This document shows positions 12,123-22,804 of a stretch of 64,000 bases of DNA, in pieces; position 1 is the first letter of the stretch; every line of letters starts with the position of its first letter. The notes beneath the pieces are model-generated. The model did no database searches. It was not told the DNA's origin and saw only the letters and a list, made by a program, of their open reading frames with translations. Both the position numbers and the translations under genes were made by a program. The stretch covers positions 1,088,001 to 1,152,000 of the forward strand of contig CAWCKY010000003.1 in assembly GCA_963796275.1 (NCBI GenBank). Reading direction: 5' to 3'. The stretch comes from an uncultured Acidobacteriota bacterium. Its GTDB lineage: Bacteria; Acidobacteriota; Blastocatellia; RBC074.

Positions 12123-12354
12123 TTGGACAAACCGGTTTTGAAACCTTATCTTGTAGTGCGAGTTACTGTATCGCCAATATCAATCAAAAAAATGTCGAGT
12201 TACACACTTAAGTATCGTTGCTGTATCAAGCGTGAGATTCTTCGAGCGAGAGCCGCAGTGTGCGAGGCCGTATTAACGTCGCTTACGGTATCAAAATGTA
12301 AAAGCTTCGCTGGCGGCTAGAGCTGAATCGAAATGATAGGCCCGACGATAGCAA

Positions 12355-12394
12355 GCCCCAGCGAGACGAAGCAAACTCGCTGGGGCGTTTGATT
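12355..12394 (+). terminator. Terminator-like hairpin in the gltB leader (candidate attenuator)
   Basis: GCCCCAGCGAG-N10-CTCGCTGGGGC followed by GTTTGATT, about 35 nt before the start codon. Confidence 0.5.
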
Positions 12395-12427
12395 ATCCGG
12401 AGTAATGTTTGAAGGAGAGGGAAGAAA

Positions 12428-15400
12428 ATGACACCACTCGAACTGCTCGGAATCGAAGAGGAACGGGACGCTTGTGCGATCATCGCATTCGTCAAGAAGG
12501 ACGGCCGGGCATCGCACGGAAATGTCAAGCGCACACTCGAAGCGCTTACCAAAATGGGGCATCGCACTGGCGAGATCGCCGGTGAAGGTGACGGCGCCGG
12601 AATTCAAACCGATATTCCGCGCGAGATCTGGAGGTGGCACCTCGAGTCGTGCGGGTTGATCGGTGAGACGGTCAACCATCCATATCTCACCATTGCTCAC
12701 ATCCTGCTACCCGCTTCCGAGCGCGCCAATCATGCTGACATCAAGCGGCGCGCGGTCGAAATTTTCGAAACGCGCGGGATGGAGATCGTTTTCGAACAGG
12801 ATGCTCAGACCCGCCATGAGGCTCTGGGGCCGCTGGGCCGGTTGAACGAGCCGCTCTTCTGGCAGGTTGCGGCGATTCCCCGCGGCGCCCGCAGGATGGA
12901 GAACCGCGATACTTTCCGGATCCACGTTCAGCTTGAGCGCGAGCTGCCGCTCCACGTCGCCAGTTTGAGCAAGACCAGCGTCGTATACAAAATTCGCGGC
13001 GACGCCGAAGCGCTGCGCCGTTATTTCCCAGAGCTGTCGAAACCCGATTTCAAATCGGCCATCACGCTCGGCCATGGGCGCTATTCGACCAATACCAACT
13101 CGGCAGCCGAGAAGGCGCAGATGTTTTCTACGCTCGGCCACAACGGAGAGATCAATTCGATCGATCGGCTGACGCGCGAAGCCGCAGCGCTCGGGTTCCA
13201 ACTCCCGCGGCAGGCGAGCGATTCGCAAATTCTCGATCGCGTCGTCGAGAGCTTCATGTTTATCTACGGCCTCTCGTTGATGGAGACGATTGAGATACTC
13301 TTCCCGCCGGTTTGGAGCGAGAGTGAAAAGTTCGATTCGCCGATGAAGAGCTATCACCGGTACTTTCGGCGGGCATTCGGTTCGCTGGCGCAGGGGCCGG
13401 CGGCCATCATCGCGCGCGAGGGCGATGAAGTCGTTTTCAGTTGCGATGCGCTCGGTTTGCGCCCGCTCTGGTTCGGGAAGACCGAGAAAGAATATTTCGC
13501 ATCGTCCGAAAAGGGCGTGGTGCCGCTCGAAGCGATGGCGGAAGATCCGCGCCCGCTCGCGCCCGGGGAGAAGATGGGGTTGCTAGTGCGGCGCGATAAC
13601 TTCGTTGTGGAAGTCTTCGAGCATCAGGAGATGCAGCAGCGCATCTTCGAGATGGCGTCATACCGATATGACTTCCGCCGGCTTAACGAAGTCACCATGA
13701 ACCCCGGAGTTTTCGACTTCGATCGGGCAGAAACAGAAGCGAAAGATGAGACGCCGGCAACCGCAAGTGAATCGCCGGAAGATGCGTTAGCCATCGCTGA
13801 GGCTCAGTCTGAGCGAGCGATAAAAATCGAACGCACGCTCGCCGCTACGGACGCTCTTGCGGCAATGGGCTGGACCAAGGAAGAGGTCGATAACCTCATG
13901 ACGACGGTGACGGGCAAGGACCCGCTGAGCGGCCTCGGTTATGACGGGCCGCTCGCCGCCTTCTCGAAAGTCCGCCGCAACCTGAGCGATTACTTTCAGG
14001 AGAGAGTTGCAGTCGTCACCAACCCCGCGATCGACCGTGTGCGCGAAGGCGATCACTTCTCGGTGCGCATCTTTTTGGGCAGCCGCCCCACGCTCGCGCC
14101 CGGCGGCGCGATGACCCAGCAGATCGAGTTGCGATCACCGCTCCTGCTCGGCGGCGGGGCGAATGACCGCAACTTTCTCATCGCGCATGCGGCTGTCGCG
14201 CAGGCCTACGGTACTTGCCTCATCGATGATATCGCCCGCGCATTCAGCGAGAGCGTCGAGGCGAATCCATTTTCTGCCGAAGCCTCTATCCGCCGGACTT
14301 TGCGTGGCCAGCACGCAGGCCGGGAATTACCCTCCGGATTGGTCACCGCTACGGTCGACATCGTATACGACGAAACCGAGACGCTCGCCGAAGCGATCGA
14401 ACGCATCAAGCGGGAAGCGCGCGAGGCCGTTGCGTCAGGGGCTACGCTGATCATCCTCGATGATTCGCGCGCTTATACCGAGCAGGAACTATTCATCGAT
14501 GCGCATCTCGCACTGTGCGCCGTCGATCAGGCCCTCAATAACTCGCTCGAAGTTTCCGTCTCCGGTTGCGCCGTCACATCTGATATCACGATCGGCATCG
14601 CAAATGCCGGCGAATCAAACGGAACAAACGGAACAAACGGGGCAAACGGGGCAAACGGGGCAGACGGGGCGGCAATCGACTCAATCGGGACTGGGCCGGC
14701 CAGCGGTGAGCCGGGGCCTGGAAATGAGAGTTTGCGCCGCAAATGCAGCATCGTCTTGAAGTCGGGCCAGCTCCGCAATCTTCATGATATCTGTTTCGCT
14801 CTCGGCTGCGGCGCGGATGCGGTCAACCCCTATGCTCTGTACGAGGTCGCGCTGCGCGACGCGGCCGATGAGGAGTCGGCCAAGAAGGCGCTGTTCAATT
14901 GCTTTGCCATGCATCATACGGGCATCGAGAAGGTCATGTCGACTATGGGAGTTCATGAGGTGGACGGATACGGCCGCCTCTTCGCTTCAATCGGCCTCTC
15001 GCCCGAGTTGGCCGACATCTTCGGCATCAAGAACTATTGTGGCTCGCGGGAGGCCGGCTTAACGCTGGCGAAGCTTGACCGGGAGCTGCGCAGCCGACTG
15101 GCTGCCCGCAAAGAGCAGGCGAAGAAATCCGACGCGCCGGTCAAGCTCACCGGCACATCGGGTTTGTCGCGCGAGTACCGGCGGCAGCCCTACGTTTGGA
15201 GCGCGGCGGGCAAGGTTGCGCGCAAGGAAGAACGCTATGAAACCTTCATTCAGAAGCTGGCTGAGATAGAACAGAAGGACCCTGTTTCCCTGCGGCACCT
15301 GCTCGACCTGAACGAACGCGCGATCGTCACGCGTAACCAGGCCGACACGAAGATAGGCAACCACAACGCTCCGATTTTCATTGCCGCGATGTCATTCGGC

Positions 15401-17332
15401 TCGCAGGGCGAGACGACGTTTCGCGCTTACGCGGAGGCGGCGAAGCGCTTGAGGATCGTGGCGATGAACGGCGAGGGCGGCGAGATTCCCGATATGATGG
15501 GCCGGTATAAAGAGTATCGGGGCCAGCAGGTCGCATCGGGACGATTCGGGGTCAACATCCACCTGCTCAACTGCGCCGATTTCATCGAGATCAAGATCGG
15601 ACAGGGGGCCAAACCCGGCGAGGGTGGACACCTGCCTGGTTTCAAGGTTACGGATCTGATCGCGAAGACGCGCCACACGCCGAAGGGCATCGACCTTCTT
15701 TCGCCGTCGAATAATCATGACATCTATTCGATCGAAGATCTCGCTCAGGTCATCGCTGAACTCAAGACCGCCAACCCGCACGCGAAGGTATCGGTCAAGA
15801 TTCCGGCTGTTCCCTTCATCGGTCCGATTGCGACGGGGGTCGCCAAAGCGCACGCGGACATCATAGCCATCAGCGGATACGACGGTGGGACCGGGGCCGC
15901 ACGCAAACACGCGCTGCGCCACGTCGGTATGCCCGTCGAGATAGGCGTCAAAGAAGCGCACCGGGCATTGCTCAAATCCGGTCTCCGCAACCGCGTCGAA
16001 ATCTGGGCCGACGGCGGAATCAAAGCGGGCGTCGATGTCGTCAAGCTCATGCTTCTCGGCGCCAATCGCGTCGGCTTCGGAACGATGGCGATGGCGGCGG
16101 TGGGCTGCACGAGCTGCCGCGAATGCAACACCGGAACTTGTCACGTCGGAATCACGGCGCATTTCCCATCGACCGAAACGGCGCATGACGCGGGAGTCAA
16201 GAAATATACGCCACGCGATTACGATAAATCGGTCGACTCGCTGGTCAATTTCTTCAACCAGGTGATAAACGAGATCGGCATCTGGACGATGCGGCTCGGT
16301 TTTCATCGGACCCAGGATCTGGTCGGCCGTTCGGATTTGATGAAGCAGACGCGCGACCGCGACCTGATCGATCTCGAATACCTGCTCGCCGGTGTCGAGG
16401 TGACCGAGGCGTTCGAGCCCGAAAAAATGCAGGAGGACCAGATCGGGCGCGCCTATCGCCCGCGCACATCATTGACCAAGATAGTATCGGACGAAATTTA
16501 CAGTCTGATCGAGAAGGGCAAGTCGATCGCGATCTTCGAAGACGACAAGGTAACTTCGGTCGATCGCTCTCTCGGCACTCATCTATCGGGAAAACTCGCG
16601 CGCGAGCAGTATCGCGGCAAGATGCCGGCGCATTTTAAGCGTGCGATGCTGCATTTCACCGAGGGATCGATCTCCGGTAACGGGCTCGGCGCATACAACA
16701 TCGAGGGCGTCGACATCATCGTCGAGGGGGGAGTGCAGGACAGCGCGGCCAAGAGCAGTTGCGGCGGGACGATTGCAATCTTGAAGGGCATGAACCACGA
16801 CGGCATACGTTTTGACGGTTCCGTCGGCAAATGTTTCGGGTATGGGGCCCAGGGCGGAGCTCTCATAGTGCAGGGAGATGCCGATTCTCGCGCAGGCATT
16901 CGCCTCTCGGGAGCCGATTTGATAATCGCCGGTAAGCTACGAGAGCCGCTGAGCGACGATCTGGGATGCATCGCCTCGCGCGCGAATATCAAGGGTTTCG
17001 CCTTTGAATATATGACCAGCGGGCGCGGCATGGTGCTCGGCGATCCCGGCCCTTGGCTCTGTTCGGGAATGACGGGGGGCGTGGTATACCTCAAACTCGA
17101 TGAGTTGCTGGGGTTGGATGAATCCGCGCTCGAGCGTCGCTTGGCGAAAGGCGCGGAAGTGACAATCGAACCGGTCGGCGGCGTGGATGATGAAAAGAAC
17201 GTCCGTGAAATGTTGACGACATATATCAGCGTGCTAACGGCGCACGAGCAGAAGGAAGAAGCCGACGTGATTCGCGGGTTGCTGCGTGAATGGCAGAGTT
17301 CGTTTGTGAAGGCTGTGCCGCGAAGGAAATGA
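12428..17332 (+). CDS. gltB: Glutamate synthase large subunit (GATase, central, FMN and GXGXG domains)
   Basis: EERDA/CAII Ntn-Cys, [38 protein letters not shown], Fe-S cysteine cluster and FEYMTSG. Confidence 0.92.
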   Translation: MTPLELLGIEEERDACAIIAFVKKDGRASHGNVKRTLEALTKMGHRTGEIAGEGDGAGIQTDIPREIWRWHLESCGLIGETVNHPYLTIAHILLPASERANHADIKRRAVEIFETRGMEIVFEQDAQTRHEALGPLGRLNEPLFWQVAAIPRGARRMENRDTFRIHVQLERELPLHVASLSKTSVVYKIRGDAEALRRYFPELSKPDFKSAITLGHGRYSTNTNSAAEKAQMFSTLGHNGEINSIDRLTREAAALGFQLPRQASDSQILDRVVESFMFIYGLSLMETIEILFPPVWSESEKFDSPMKSYHRYFRRAFGSLAQGPAAIIAREGDEVVFSCDALGLRPLWFGKTEKEYFASSEKGVVPLEAMAEDPRPLAPGEKMGLLVRRDNFVVEVFEHQEMQQRIFEMASYRYDFRRLNEVTMNPGVFDFDRAETEAKDETPATASESPEDALAIAEAQSERAIKIERTLAATDALAAMGWTKEEVDNLMTTVTGKDPLSGLGYDGPLAAFSKVRRNLSDYFQERVAVVTNPAIDRVREGDHFSVRIFLGSRPTLAPGGAMTQQIELRSPLLLGGGANDRNFLIAHAAVAQAYGTCLIDDIARAFSESVEANPFSAEASIRRTLRGQHAGRELPSGLVTATVDIVYDETETLAEAIERIKREAREAVASGATLIILDDSRAYTEQELFIDAHLALCAVDQALNNSLEVSVSGCAVTSDITIGIANAGESNGTNGTNGANGANGADGAAIDSIGTGPASGEPGPGNESLRRKCSIVLKSGQLRNLHDICFALGCGADAVNPYALYEVALRDAADEESAKKALFNCFAMHHTGIEKVMSTMGVHEVDGYGRLFASIGLSPELADIFGIKNYCGSREAGLTLAKLDRELRSRLAARKEQAKKSDAPVKLTGTSGLSREYRRQPYVWSAAGKVARKEERYETFIQKLAEIEQKDPVSLRHLLDLNERAIVTRNQADTKIGNHNAPIFIAAMSFGSQGETTFRAYAEAAKRLRIVAMNGEGGEIPDMMGRYKEYRGQQVASGRFGVNIHLLNCADFIEIKIGQGAKPGEGGHLPGFKVTDLIAKTRHTPKGIDLLSPSNNHDIYSIEDLAQVIAELKTANPHAKVSVKIPAVPFIGPIATGVAKAHADIIAISGYDGGTGAARKHALRHVGMPVEIGVKEAHRALLKSGLRNRVEIWADGGIKAGVDVVKLMLLGANRVGFGTMAMAAVGCTSCRECNTGTCHVGITAHFPSTETAHDAGVKKYTPRDYDKSVDSLVNFFNQVINEIGIWTMRLGFHRTQDLVGRSDLMKQTRDRDLIDLEYLLAGVEVTEAFEPEKMQEDQIGRAYRPRTSLTKIVSDEIYSLIEKGKSIAIFEDDKVTSVDRSLGTHLSGKLAREQYRGKMPAHFKRAMLHFTEGSISGNGLGAYNIEGVDIIVEGGVQDSAAKSSCGGTIAILKGMNHDGIRFDGSVGKCFGYGAQGGALIVQGDADSRAGIRLSGADLIIAGKLREPLSDDLGCIASRANIKGFAFEYMTSGRGMVLGDPGPWLCSGMTGGVVYLKLDELLGLDESALERRLAKGAEVTIEPVGGVDDEKNVREMLTTYISVLTAHEQKEEADVIRGLLREWQSSFVKAVPRRK
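14616..14670 (+). repeat. 9-bp tandem repeat CAAACGG[AA/GG] x6, in frame inside gltB
   Basis: Encodes [17 protein letters not shown]. Confidence 0.9.
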
Positions 17333-17431
17333 AGCGGCAATGATATTGCGAGTATTCCCGCCGTTGCCCTAGTGCTACTGTGTCACAAAATTCTCGAAAT
17401 TCGCATATGCGATCCGTGTATCGCCGCGTTG

Positions 17432-17637
17432 GGATGGCGGAGCATTTGGAGTGCGGTACCAGGCCAGGCGATGCCGCTGGCGAATTCGTTTTGGACAGCA
17501 AATCAGTACCGCGAGCGGTAGCGAGCGTGGCTCTCGCAAAGGATTTACGCCGGAAGTCACGCTCGCTACCGCTCGCGGTACTGATTCGCCAGCAGTATCC
17601 CAGGCCAGGCTACCACACTCCAAATGCTCCGCCATCC
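17432..17637. repeat. Nested palindromic REP/MITE-like element between convergent genes
   Basis: Outer IR GGATGGCGGAGCATTTGGAGTG; inner IR AATCAGTACCGCGAGCGGTAGCGAGCGTG. Confidence 0.85.
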
Positions 17638-17667
17638 TCTTAATATCAGTTTAATATCAGATGCATT

Positions 17668-19326
17668 CTACTTCTTCCCCAGGAATATCCTGGCCTGCTC
17701 CAGCTCAGGTCTTTCGACATCCGCCTTCTCGCACAGTTTAACCAGTTGTGAGTAGTAGCCTGCGGCCTTCTCCCGATCGCCCGCCAGCTCCGAAGCGCGG
17801 GCTGCTCCATAGAGCCCGATGAAGCGATTCGGCGCTTCTCGCAGCGCCGCTTCGAACTCAATCAGCGCCAGATCCGCCCGCTTTGTTGCAAGCAGCAAAT
17901 CACCCAACTGCTCGCGCGCCGGAAGGATCGCCCCCGGCGTAACCGGGTGTTTATCTGTCGAATCCTCCAGATCAGCCGCCATCCGCATCAACTTGACCGC
18001 CTCATCCTTTTTTCCCTCTGCATAGGCGAGCCAGGCAGACGCAACATTAATTTGAATCTCGACCTGTTTTCCCCAATCGTAACCGCCTCCGGTGTTCGTG
18101 AGGCTCCGGCGAATCTCAGCCAATTTTTCGACATCCTGTTTATTCACATTGCCGCTCCGCGCGGCCCCGATAACGCGAGCGCAATAAATATGAGCCTCCG
18201 CCCAGCGAAAGCGATCCCACGGAAATGTGCTCGGGGCAATCTTCAACTTCGCAGCTTCCTCCCATTGCCGCCGTTCGAGCGCATAACGCGCGGGAATGGC
18301 TGAGAAAGCATATGCCGCCGCGAAAGTCTCAGGTTCACCCTTATCGATCTTGCCCAACTCATCGACCACGCCCCACGCCTTCTTGTCCTGAGCGCCCTGC
18401 AGGTAGGCGTAAACGAGATAGTCCATCGCGTGGAGTTGTTGATCCCAAGCGCCGGCCAGGCGATGTTTGATGCCGTAGGCCTTCGCCGCAGCCTCAGAGT
18501 TCAGGTTCGATTGAATGGAATCTTGCCATAATCCTAGACGCGTGAAGATGTGTGAAGGCATGTGACGAGCATGTGCGGAGGCCGGCGCGATTTTCGCATA
18601 ATTACGAGCCGCGGGCAGCGCCAGGTTCGCTAATTGCGGATAATCGAAACTGTGGATAAGGTAGTGGGTTACTCCCGGATGCTCCGGTTCTACCGCCAGG
18701 ACCCCATTGAGAATCTCGGCGGCTTTCTTCTCGTTGGCGTACGTCTTATCATTCGCCATCATTCCCTTCGCGATGAGCGTCAGCGCGTAAAACACCGCCG
18801 CTTCGCGGTCCTGCGCATATTCCCGATAGAGCTTCTCCATCGCCTCACTGTAAGCGAGCGCGCGAGTTTTATGATCAAGTTTGTTGGCATCTTGGTAAAA
18901 TATTGCGATTGCCGCGATGTAGCCTTGTTCGCGCTTCGTCTGGGCGCCCGCGGAACGAGCTTTTTCAACGGCGGCCTCACCCTTTTTTAGCTCTGTCGGT
19001 GTCGGCGGAGCCCAGATCGGGTGGTAGTTGCTCATCGCGATTCCCCAATAAGCCATACCGCATTTTGGGTCAACCACGCTGACTGCTGTGAATGCTCGTT
19101 CAGCCTCCTCGTATTCAAAAGAATGCAGCCATGCGACCGCGCGCCTGAATTGTTGACCGGCCGCATCGCTGCAGGATACCGGAAAATTGACGCTCCCGAT
19201 TTTATCAGCGGCGTCGTGTTGATGATCGTGTTGCTCGTGTCGTTGTCGATCCTGCGGATTAACCGGGGAGAAACAGAGCGCGACAAGGATAGCAACGTAG
19301 GTAAGCGCCTGGCTGCTGCGTTTCAT
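17668..19326 (-). CDS. Secreted TPR-like helical-repeat protein
   Basis: Signal peptide, His-rich N-terminus; WLHSFEY, HPGVTHYLIH and HARHMPSHIF motifs. Confidence 0.8.
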   Translation of the reverse strand: MKRSSQALTYVAILVALCFSPVNPQDRQRHEQHDHQHDAADKIGSVNFPVSCSDAAGQQFRRAVAWLHSFEYEEAERAFTAVSVVDPKCGMAYWGIAMSNYHPIWAPPTPTELKKGEAAVEKARSAGAQTKREQGYIAAIAIFYQDANKLDHKTRALAYSEAMEKLYREYAQDREAAVFYALTLIAKGMMANDKTYANEKKAAEILNGVLAVEPEHPGVTHYLIHSFDYPQLANLALPAARNYAKIAPASAHARHMPSHIFTRLGLWQDSIQSNLNSEAAAKAYGIKHRLAGAWDQQLHAMDYLVYAYLQGAQDKKAWGVVDELGKIDKGEPETFAAAYAFSAIPARYALERRQWEEAAKLKIAPSTFPWDRFRWAEAHIYCARVIGAARSGNVNKQDVEKLAEIRRSLTNTGGGYDWGKQVEIQINVASAWLAYAEGKKDEAVKLMRMAADLEDSTDKHPVTPGAILPAREQLGDLLLATKRADLALIEFEAALREAPNRFIGLYGAARASELAGDREKAAGYYSQLVKLCEKADVERPELEQARIFLGKK

Positions 19327-19921
19327 AACTGGCCCCTCCTAAGATTAATAAGCATACGCCTGTACCGGCTATTATCCAATCGTTGAATCCCGTTGGTGAA
19401 TTGCATCGAATAGGAGACATTATTGTGTAAATCAAATGTAGAGCTGACAATTTTGTCATTTGCTGCTTAAGCGGACTTGGGATTCGCGCCTGACTCCGAA
19501 GTCTGAATACGCCGGAAAACGCGCATCATTGTCCTGACATCTTCCTCTTGGCGAGATGCTACTACCTCGGCGACCGCCAAGTAACGAAAATGTGACGAAG
19601 AAATGACAAAATAGCAGACAAAGTTCGCCTATCCGGACACATAAGTCCCAGAGCCATGCAGTCGTAATCCCGATTCCCAAATGCTAGAAACATCCCGCGC
19701 GTATTTTTATCTTTTTTTCAAATACTCTGCTCCCAGACTCCGCGGGACTAGAACCTCGAGATTTCCAGTTGATACAAAATTGTTATATGAGATGCTATCA
19801 ATGACATCTTTGTATCAATCGTATCGAGGGATCGAGCGGCCTGCGAAGGACCTATAATGCACAAATATCCAATCAGGAGCTTACCTTACGCCGGTTAGGG
19901 GATTGCCATGCCGCTTCTGGC

Positions 19922-22684
19922 ATGAGGTTTGCTTTTCGTATTGCGGCGGATGAAATGCAAATTAATCTGGCGACAATCGAGCAGCATGCCGGCGAGAAGC
20001 TGCGGCGTATCGAGAGCCAACCGAGTTCGGCGGAGCGGCTCATTGCGCTCAAAAAGTTTTTGAAAATAGAGACGCAGCGTTTGCATCTACGCCATCGGTT
20101 CGGCATCGGCGGGTCTCAGATCGTCGCAGCGCGCAGTTTGATCGTAGATTTACTGATCCGGCGTATAGCGCGCGCAGCGGTTGAAGAGAGGTCCGGAGGG
20201 GCATCTCAAACAGATCAGTTCGCCATCGTCGCGCTCGGAGGTTATGGGCGGCAGGAGCTGTCCCCTTACTCCGACATAGATATTCTCTTTTTGCATCAAG
20301 GCCGCAAGGATTCCGCATCTGCTGCGCAACTTAGTGAGGCGATCCTCTATCTACTCTGGGATATCGGCTTCACCGTCGGACATAGCGTTCGTTCTTTAAG
20401 CGAATGCGTCTCAATTGCAAAAGATGACATCGTCTCGCGCAATTCAATGGTCGATGCGCGATTGCTCTGGGGTGGCGCCGATGTCTTCCGGACGCTCAAT
20501 GAACGTCTGGACGAAGAGGTCTTTGAGAAGAAAAAACGCGAACTGCTCGTCGAACTGACGATCGAGCGAACGGCGCGCTACCATAAATTCGGTGAAGTGG
20601 CGTGTCTGCAGGAGCCGAACGTCAAAGAGTCGGCGGGCGGCTTGCGCGATCTGCACTCGCTGCTCTGGACGTCCCGAATCGCTTATGGTCATGCGACGCT
20701 GGAGGCTCTGGCCGGGGCAGGAGTGGTCCCGGAGCGTGATGTAAAGGCAATCAATGCCGCTTACGATTTTCTGCTGTGCGTCAGAAACGAGCTTCATTTC
20801 CTGACCGGCAGGCGCACCGATATGCTATCGCTCGATTTACAGCAACAGGTGGCGCGCAATCAGCGTTACACGGACACGGCGCAGCAGCAGGCTTCCGAAA
20901 TATTCATGCGCGATTACTACCTGCACGCGCGCAGGTTGCATCGCCTGTGCGAGGCGCATTTGCAGCGAGCGGTAGCGAAGCAGGAGAAGCGAGGGTGGTT
21001 CAGCCGAGCACGGACTGCGCCGGCCATCGGGGGATTCGTTATGCGGGATGGGGCCCTCGACCTCGAGACATCGATCGAAAATTTGGGCGGCCGGCGCGCA
21101 GGTTCGCTGGACGGGCACAGAATGATGCTCGCATTCGGATACGCACAGGCGACCGGAGCGGCTTTAAGCGCGAACCTGCAGGAAGCGATTCAATCGAGCC
21201 TGCCCGCGGTCAATCGCGCGTTCCGTGCTTCACCCGAAGCCGCCACGGCATTCGTCAAGATGCTGCGCACGAAGGGGCGCGTTGCCGCCGGTCTGCGGAT
21301 GATGCATGAGCTCGACTTCTTCGGCAAGTTCATGCCGGAGTTCGGGCGCCTCACGTGTCTGGTTCAGCACGATCTCTATCATCGATACACGGTTGACGAG
21401 CACACGTTGCGCGCCATCGAGATGATCGACGAGCTCGCGAATTCGCGCAGCAAGTCGCTCGAGCGCTATCGCAATTTATACAATGAGATCGCCGATCCGG
21501 CCGTTTTGAATCTGGGGTTGCTGATGCACGACATCGGCAAGGGGCTGGGTGGAGGCCATACGGAGAAGGGAATCCGGATCGCCGAGCGGGTTTGCAGCAG
21601 GCTGCAGCTCGAACGAGAGACGACAGAGACCGTGCTCTTCCTCATCCGTGAGCACCTCAAAATGTCGCATATTTCGCAGCGCCGCGATCTGGCCGACGAG
21701 AAGGTGGTTCTCGATTTCGCCGCTCAGGTGGGTTCGCTCGACCATCTCAATATGCTGACGCTTCTCACTTACGGCGATATCAACGCGGTCGGACAAGGCG
21801 TCTGGAACGAATGGAAAGACGTGCTCTTGTGGGAGCTCTACACGAAAACGCGCGGGATATTACGGCCGGACGAAGAGGGGGAACGCGATATCGAGCCGCT
21901 GCGCCAGCGCATCGGTCGGATGCTCGCCAGCGAAGTCGACTACAACGAGGTGCGAGGTCATTTCCAATTGCTTCCCGAGGATTACACGCGCTCCACGCCG
22001 CCACAGACGATCATTGAGCACATCAGGCTGGCCCATTCGCTCAATTCCCGTCTGGCGCGGACGAGCTGGCGCATCAACACGCAGTCGCGCTGCACGGATT
22101 TACATCTATGCGCGCGCAACCGGCGCGGCCTGTTCGCCGCTGTAGCGGGGGCACTCTCTGCCCAGGGCGTCAATATCCTGAGCGTCCATCTCAATACGCG
22201 CGCTGACGGGTTGGCCGTCGATTCCTTCAAGGTCCGAGACACCGCCGGCGAGCCGATCACCGACCCGCTGCGATGGGAACAGATCGACAACACGATCAGG
22301 CGCGCTTTGAGCGGAGAGATCGATGTCGCCGCAGCGGTAGCCAAGAGATTGCTCGCGCAGAGCGGCTCGCGCTTGCAGAAGCGCAGATCCTTTCCGCCCG
22401 CGACGACTCGCATCAACTGGGATAATCAGACTTCGGACAAGAGCACCATCCTCGAGGTTCGGACTGCCGACAGGCTGGGCCTGGTTTACCGGATAACGAG
22501 CACGCTTACCGCCCTCCATCTCGATATCGGCTTCGCCAAGGTTGCGACTGAGAAACATCTCGCGCTGGACGTTTTTTACGTGGCGAATGCGACAGGCGAG
22601 AAGCTAAGCGATGTCGAGTTGCCCGCGATTGAGGAAGCCATTCGGGAAGCGCTCAGTGAAAAGAATGTAGTCGGTAGTCGGTAG
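19922..22684 (+). CDS. glnD: [Protein-PII] uridylyltransferase/uridylyl-removing enzyme
   Basis: ALGGYGRQELSPYSDIDI, EPNVKESAGGLRD, HRYTVDEH, HDIGKG and two C-terminal ACT domains; start may be 19955. Confidence 0.94.
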   Translation: MRFAFRIAADEMQINLATIEQHAGEKLRRIESQPSSAERLIALKKFLKIETQRLHLRHRFGIGGSQIVAARSLIVDLLIRRIARAAVEERSGGASQTDQFAIVALGGYGRQELSPYSDIDILFLHQGRKDSASAAQLSEAILYLLWDIGFTVGHSVRSLSECVSIAKDDIVSRNSMVDARLLWGGADVFRTLNERLDEEVFEKKKRELLVELTIERTARYHKFGEVACLQEPNVKESAGGLRDLHSLLWTSRIAYGHATLEALAGAGVVPERDVKAINAAYDFLLCVRNELHFLTGRRTDMLSLDLQQQVARNQRYTDTAQQQASEIFMRDYYLHARRLHRLCEAHLQRAVAKQEKRGWFSRARTAPAIGGFVMRDGALDLETSIENLGGRRAGSLDGHRMMLAFGYAQATGAALSANLQEAIQSSLPAVNRAFRASPEAATAFVKMLRTKGRVAAGLRMMHELDFFGKFMPEFGRLTCLVQHDLYHRYTVDEHTLRAIEMIDELANSRSKSLERYRNLYNEIADPAVLNLGLLMHDIGKGLGGGHTEKGIRIAERVCSRLQLERETTETVLFLIREHLKMSHISQRRDLADEKVVLDFAAQVGSLDHLNMLTLLTYGDINAVGQGVWNEWKDVLLWELYTKTRGILRPDEEGERDIEPLRQRIGRMLASEVDYNEVRGHFQLLPEDYTRSTPPQTIIEHIRLAHSLNSRLARTSWRINTQSRCTDLHLCARNRRGLFAAVAGALSAQGVNILSVHLNTRADGLAVDSFKVRDTAGEPITDPLRWEQIDNTIRRALSGEIDVAAAVAKRLLAQSGSRLQKRRSFPPATTRINWDNQTSDKSTILEVRTADRLGLVYRITSTLTALHLDIGFAKVATEKHLALDVFYVANATGEKLSDVELPAIEEAIREALSEKNVVGSR

Positions 22685-22775
22685 TCGGTAGTCGGTTGCC
22701 GGTAGTCGGTTTCTGGCTATGTCTGAGAATTAGCTATTGCGAACCGAGAACCGTTAACCGACTACCGACTACCGA
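22667..22775. repeat. Inverted heptamer arrays (GTAGTCG)n ... (CGACTAC/AACCG)n
   Basis: The left arm supplies the last codons and TAG stop of glnD. Confidence 0.88.
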
Positions 22776-22804
22776 TAATATCCACACGAGAGGAAACTCT
22801 GTTT

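Noticed and set aside
12153-12166. GTA-N8-TAC (NtcA-like box) upstream of gltB
   Set aside because: Only six informative bases, plausible by chance, and the gene content is not cyanobacterial.
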